This document shows, piece after piece, positions 62,796-64,000 of a stretch of DNA of 64,000 nt (positions within the stretch are counted from its first letter, which is position 1; the number at the start of each line of letters is the position of its first letter). Under the pieces are notes generated by a model. The model was not told the origin of the DNA. It was given only the letters and a program-made list of their open reading frames with translations, and searched no databases. This DNA is from Danionella cerebrum (Eukaryota): assembly GCA_007224835.1 (NCBI GenBank), contig SRMA01025500.1, positions 21,870 through 85,869 of the forward strand, in the 5' to 3' direction. The position numbers were made by a program, and so were the translations under genes.

Positions 62796-64000
62796 TTCTG
62801 TAAACGTAACTTATCTGCTGTACGTTTCTGGGAAGATGAGCAAAATTCTAATTCGTTCCCCAACACGAAGGTTGTGACACAAAACAGCTGAAAACAAAAG
62901 ATGAAAACAAAAACTAACGTTGGGGCACATTTCAGGGGGGGAGGGGTGAGCAAAGTTGACGAGCTACAGCTGGCTTGATTGTTGATTAGAGTCAGCTGTG
63001 GCTTGTTATTCTACGTGTCAGGATAATTTAGCTCCTCTTTATTTTCTTTTTTGTATTATGTTGTTTTATTCTAAAAACCTAGAACAAAAATTAAAATTTA
63101 AGTTCATTTTAAATTATAATTACCCGTACATTTTAAGGCTGAAATCAATGTTTAATCAACCCCATTATGATGGTTAAACAGAATTCTAATTTAAAATAAA
63201 TGCTAACATAAAACAACACACTTGGCTTAATAACCAGAAATCAATGCATAAAATGCCACTTTCAAAACAGTGATATTAAATAAAATAACCCAGAGTGTAT
63301 TTTGATTTGAGATTTACAGGAAGTTTAACACTCTAGATAACGTTTTTTAGATATTAACATTGTCTGCTGAAGACTGTAACCTGAACCATTTCCTTTATTT
63401 TCTTGAATGGTTTCTTGAATTTTGATTCACACGCAGCTCTGGCTGAATCACTTTTTGAAAAGGCGTTTTTGAATAGTTGATGAAGGTTACTTCGCATGTT
63501 TGGTTTTGGAGAAAGAAGCCATTACAAAACCAGATCAGGTAAGCATTTCTATTATGTTTTTTGTTATAAGGCAAGTGCATGTGATGCACTATAAATAATC
63601 ATGGAGTCAAATTAATAAATCTGAGCCTAATTTCAATTCTGCAATAAATCCGCTGCTGTTTTATTATACTCCCATTGTTAACAATGATCACCAGAGACGT
63701 TAATTTTTTAAGTCAAAAAGTATCTGAGCAATTTTGCACTTCTATGCTGCTCTTTAAACATTTGCAGCAGTGAGAAAAAAAGCAGTTTTATGCAAACTCA
63801 TCTCATTAATTCAGTGCTGATCACACCCCCTTTCCCTGGGTTTTTCCCTGGGTTCACATCCATCCATCCATCCTCTTCACCTACCCATTTTGGAATTACA
63901 CTTCCTTTATTAGGCTTCTATGCCTTAAGCTGGCTTGCTGTTTTTCTCCATGAGGCATTTCTTCTGAAACTAATCATACTGTGTTGGACGTTGAGGCTAC

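Noticed and set aside
1-64000. A prokaryotic defence/metabolic island, as suggested by the task framing
   Set aside because: There is no dense co-directional ORF array. The longest non-TE ORF is about 130 aa. The sequence has pervasive eukaryotic transposon families, microsatellites and a splice-donor-terminated first exon. Nothing is consistent with a bacterial or phage locus.

Overview
This 64-kb window is not prokaryotic. It is AT-rich vertebrate genomic DNA, almost certainly from a teleost fish (zebrafish/cyprinid-like repeat content, about 37% GC, long microsatellites, very low ORF density). I found no operon-like gene array, no CRISPR array and no candidate bacterial defence or metabolic system. 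Nearly all recognisable sequence is interspersed repeat.

Main features:
- One apparently full-length, intact non-LTR retrotransposon (LINE) at 47514-50641 on the minus strand. It has a single 999-aa ORF encoding an AP-endonuclease and a reverse transcriptase. It is flanked by a 17-bp target-site duplication and sits nested inside an older repeat. This is the most striking element in the window.
- A 5-copy family of TTAA-flanked, piggyBac-like non-autonomous elements.
- A 722-bp DNA transposon with terminal inverted repeats, a 5-bp target duplication and a CpG-rich core.
- A 739-bp hAT-type MITE with an 8-bp target duplication.
- At least six degraded Tc1-like transposon remnants.
- Seven or more copies of a tRNA-derived SINE with a '(gaaaatgaatgaatg)' tail.
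- Several satellite-like tandem arrays and microsatellites.

The only hint of a host gene is a roughly 600-bp CpG island at about 27.9-28.5 kb. It lies next to a short minus-strand ATG exon that encodes a signal-peptide-like start and ends at a GTAAGT splice donor.

All coordinates are hand-counted and should be treated as accurate to within a few bases.
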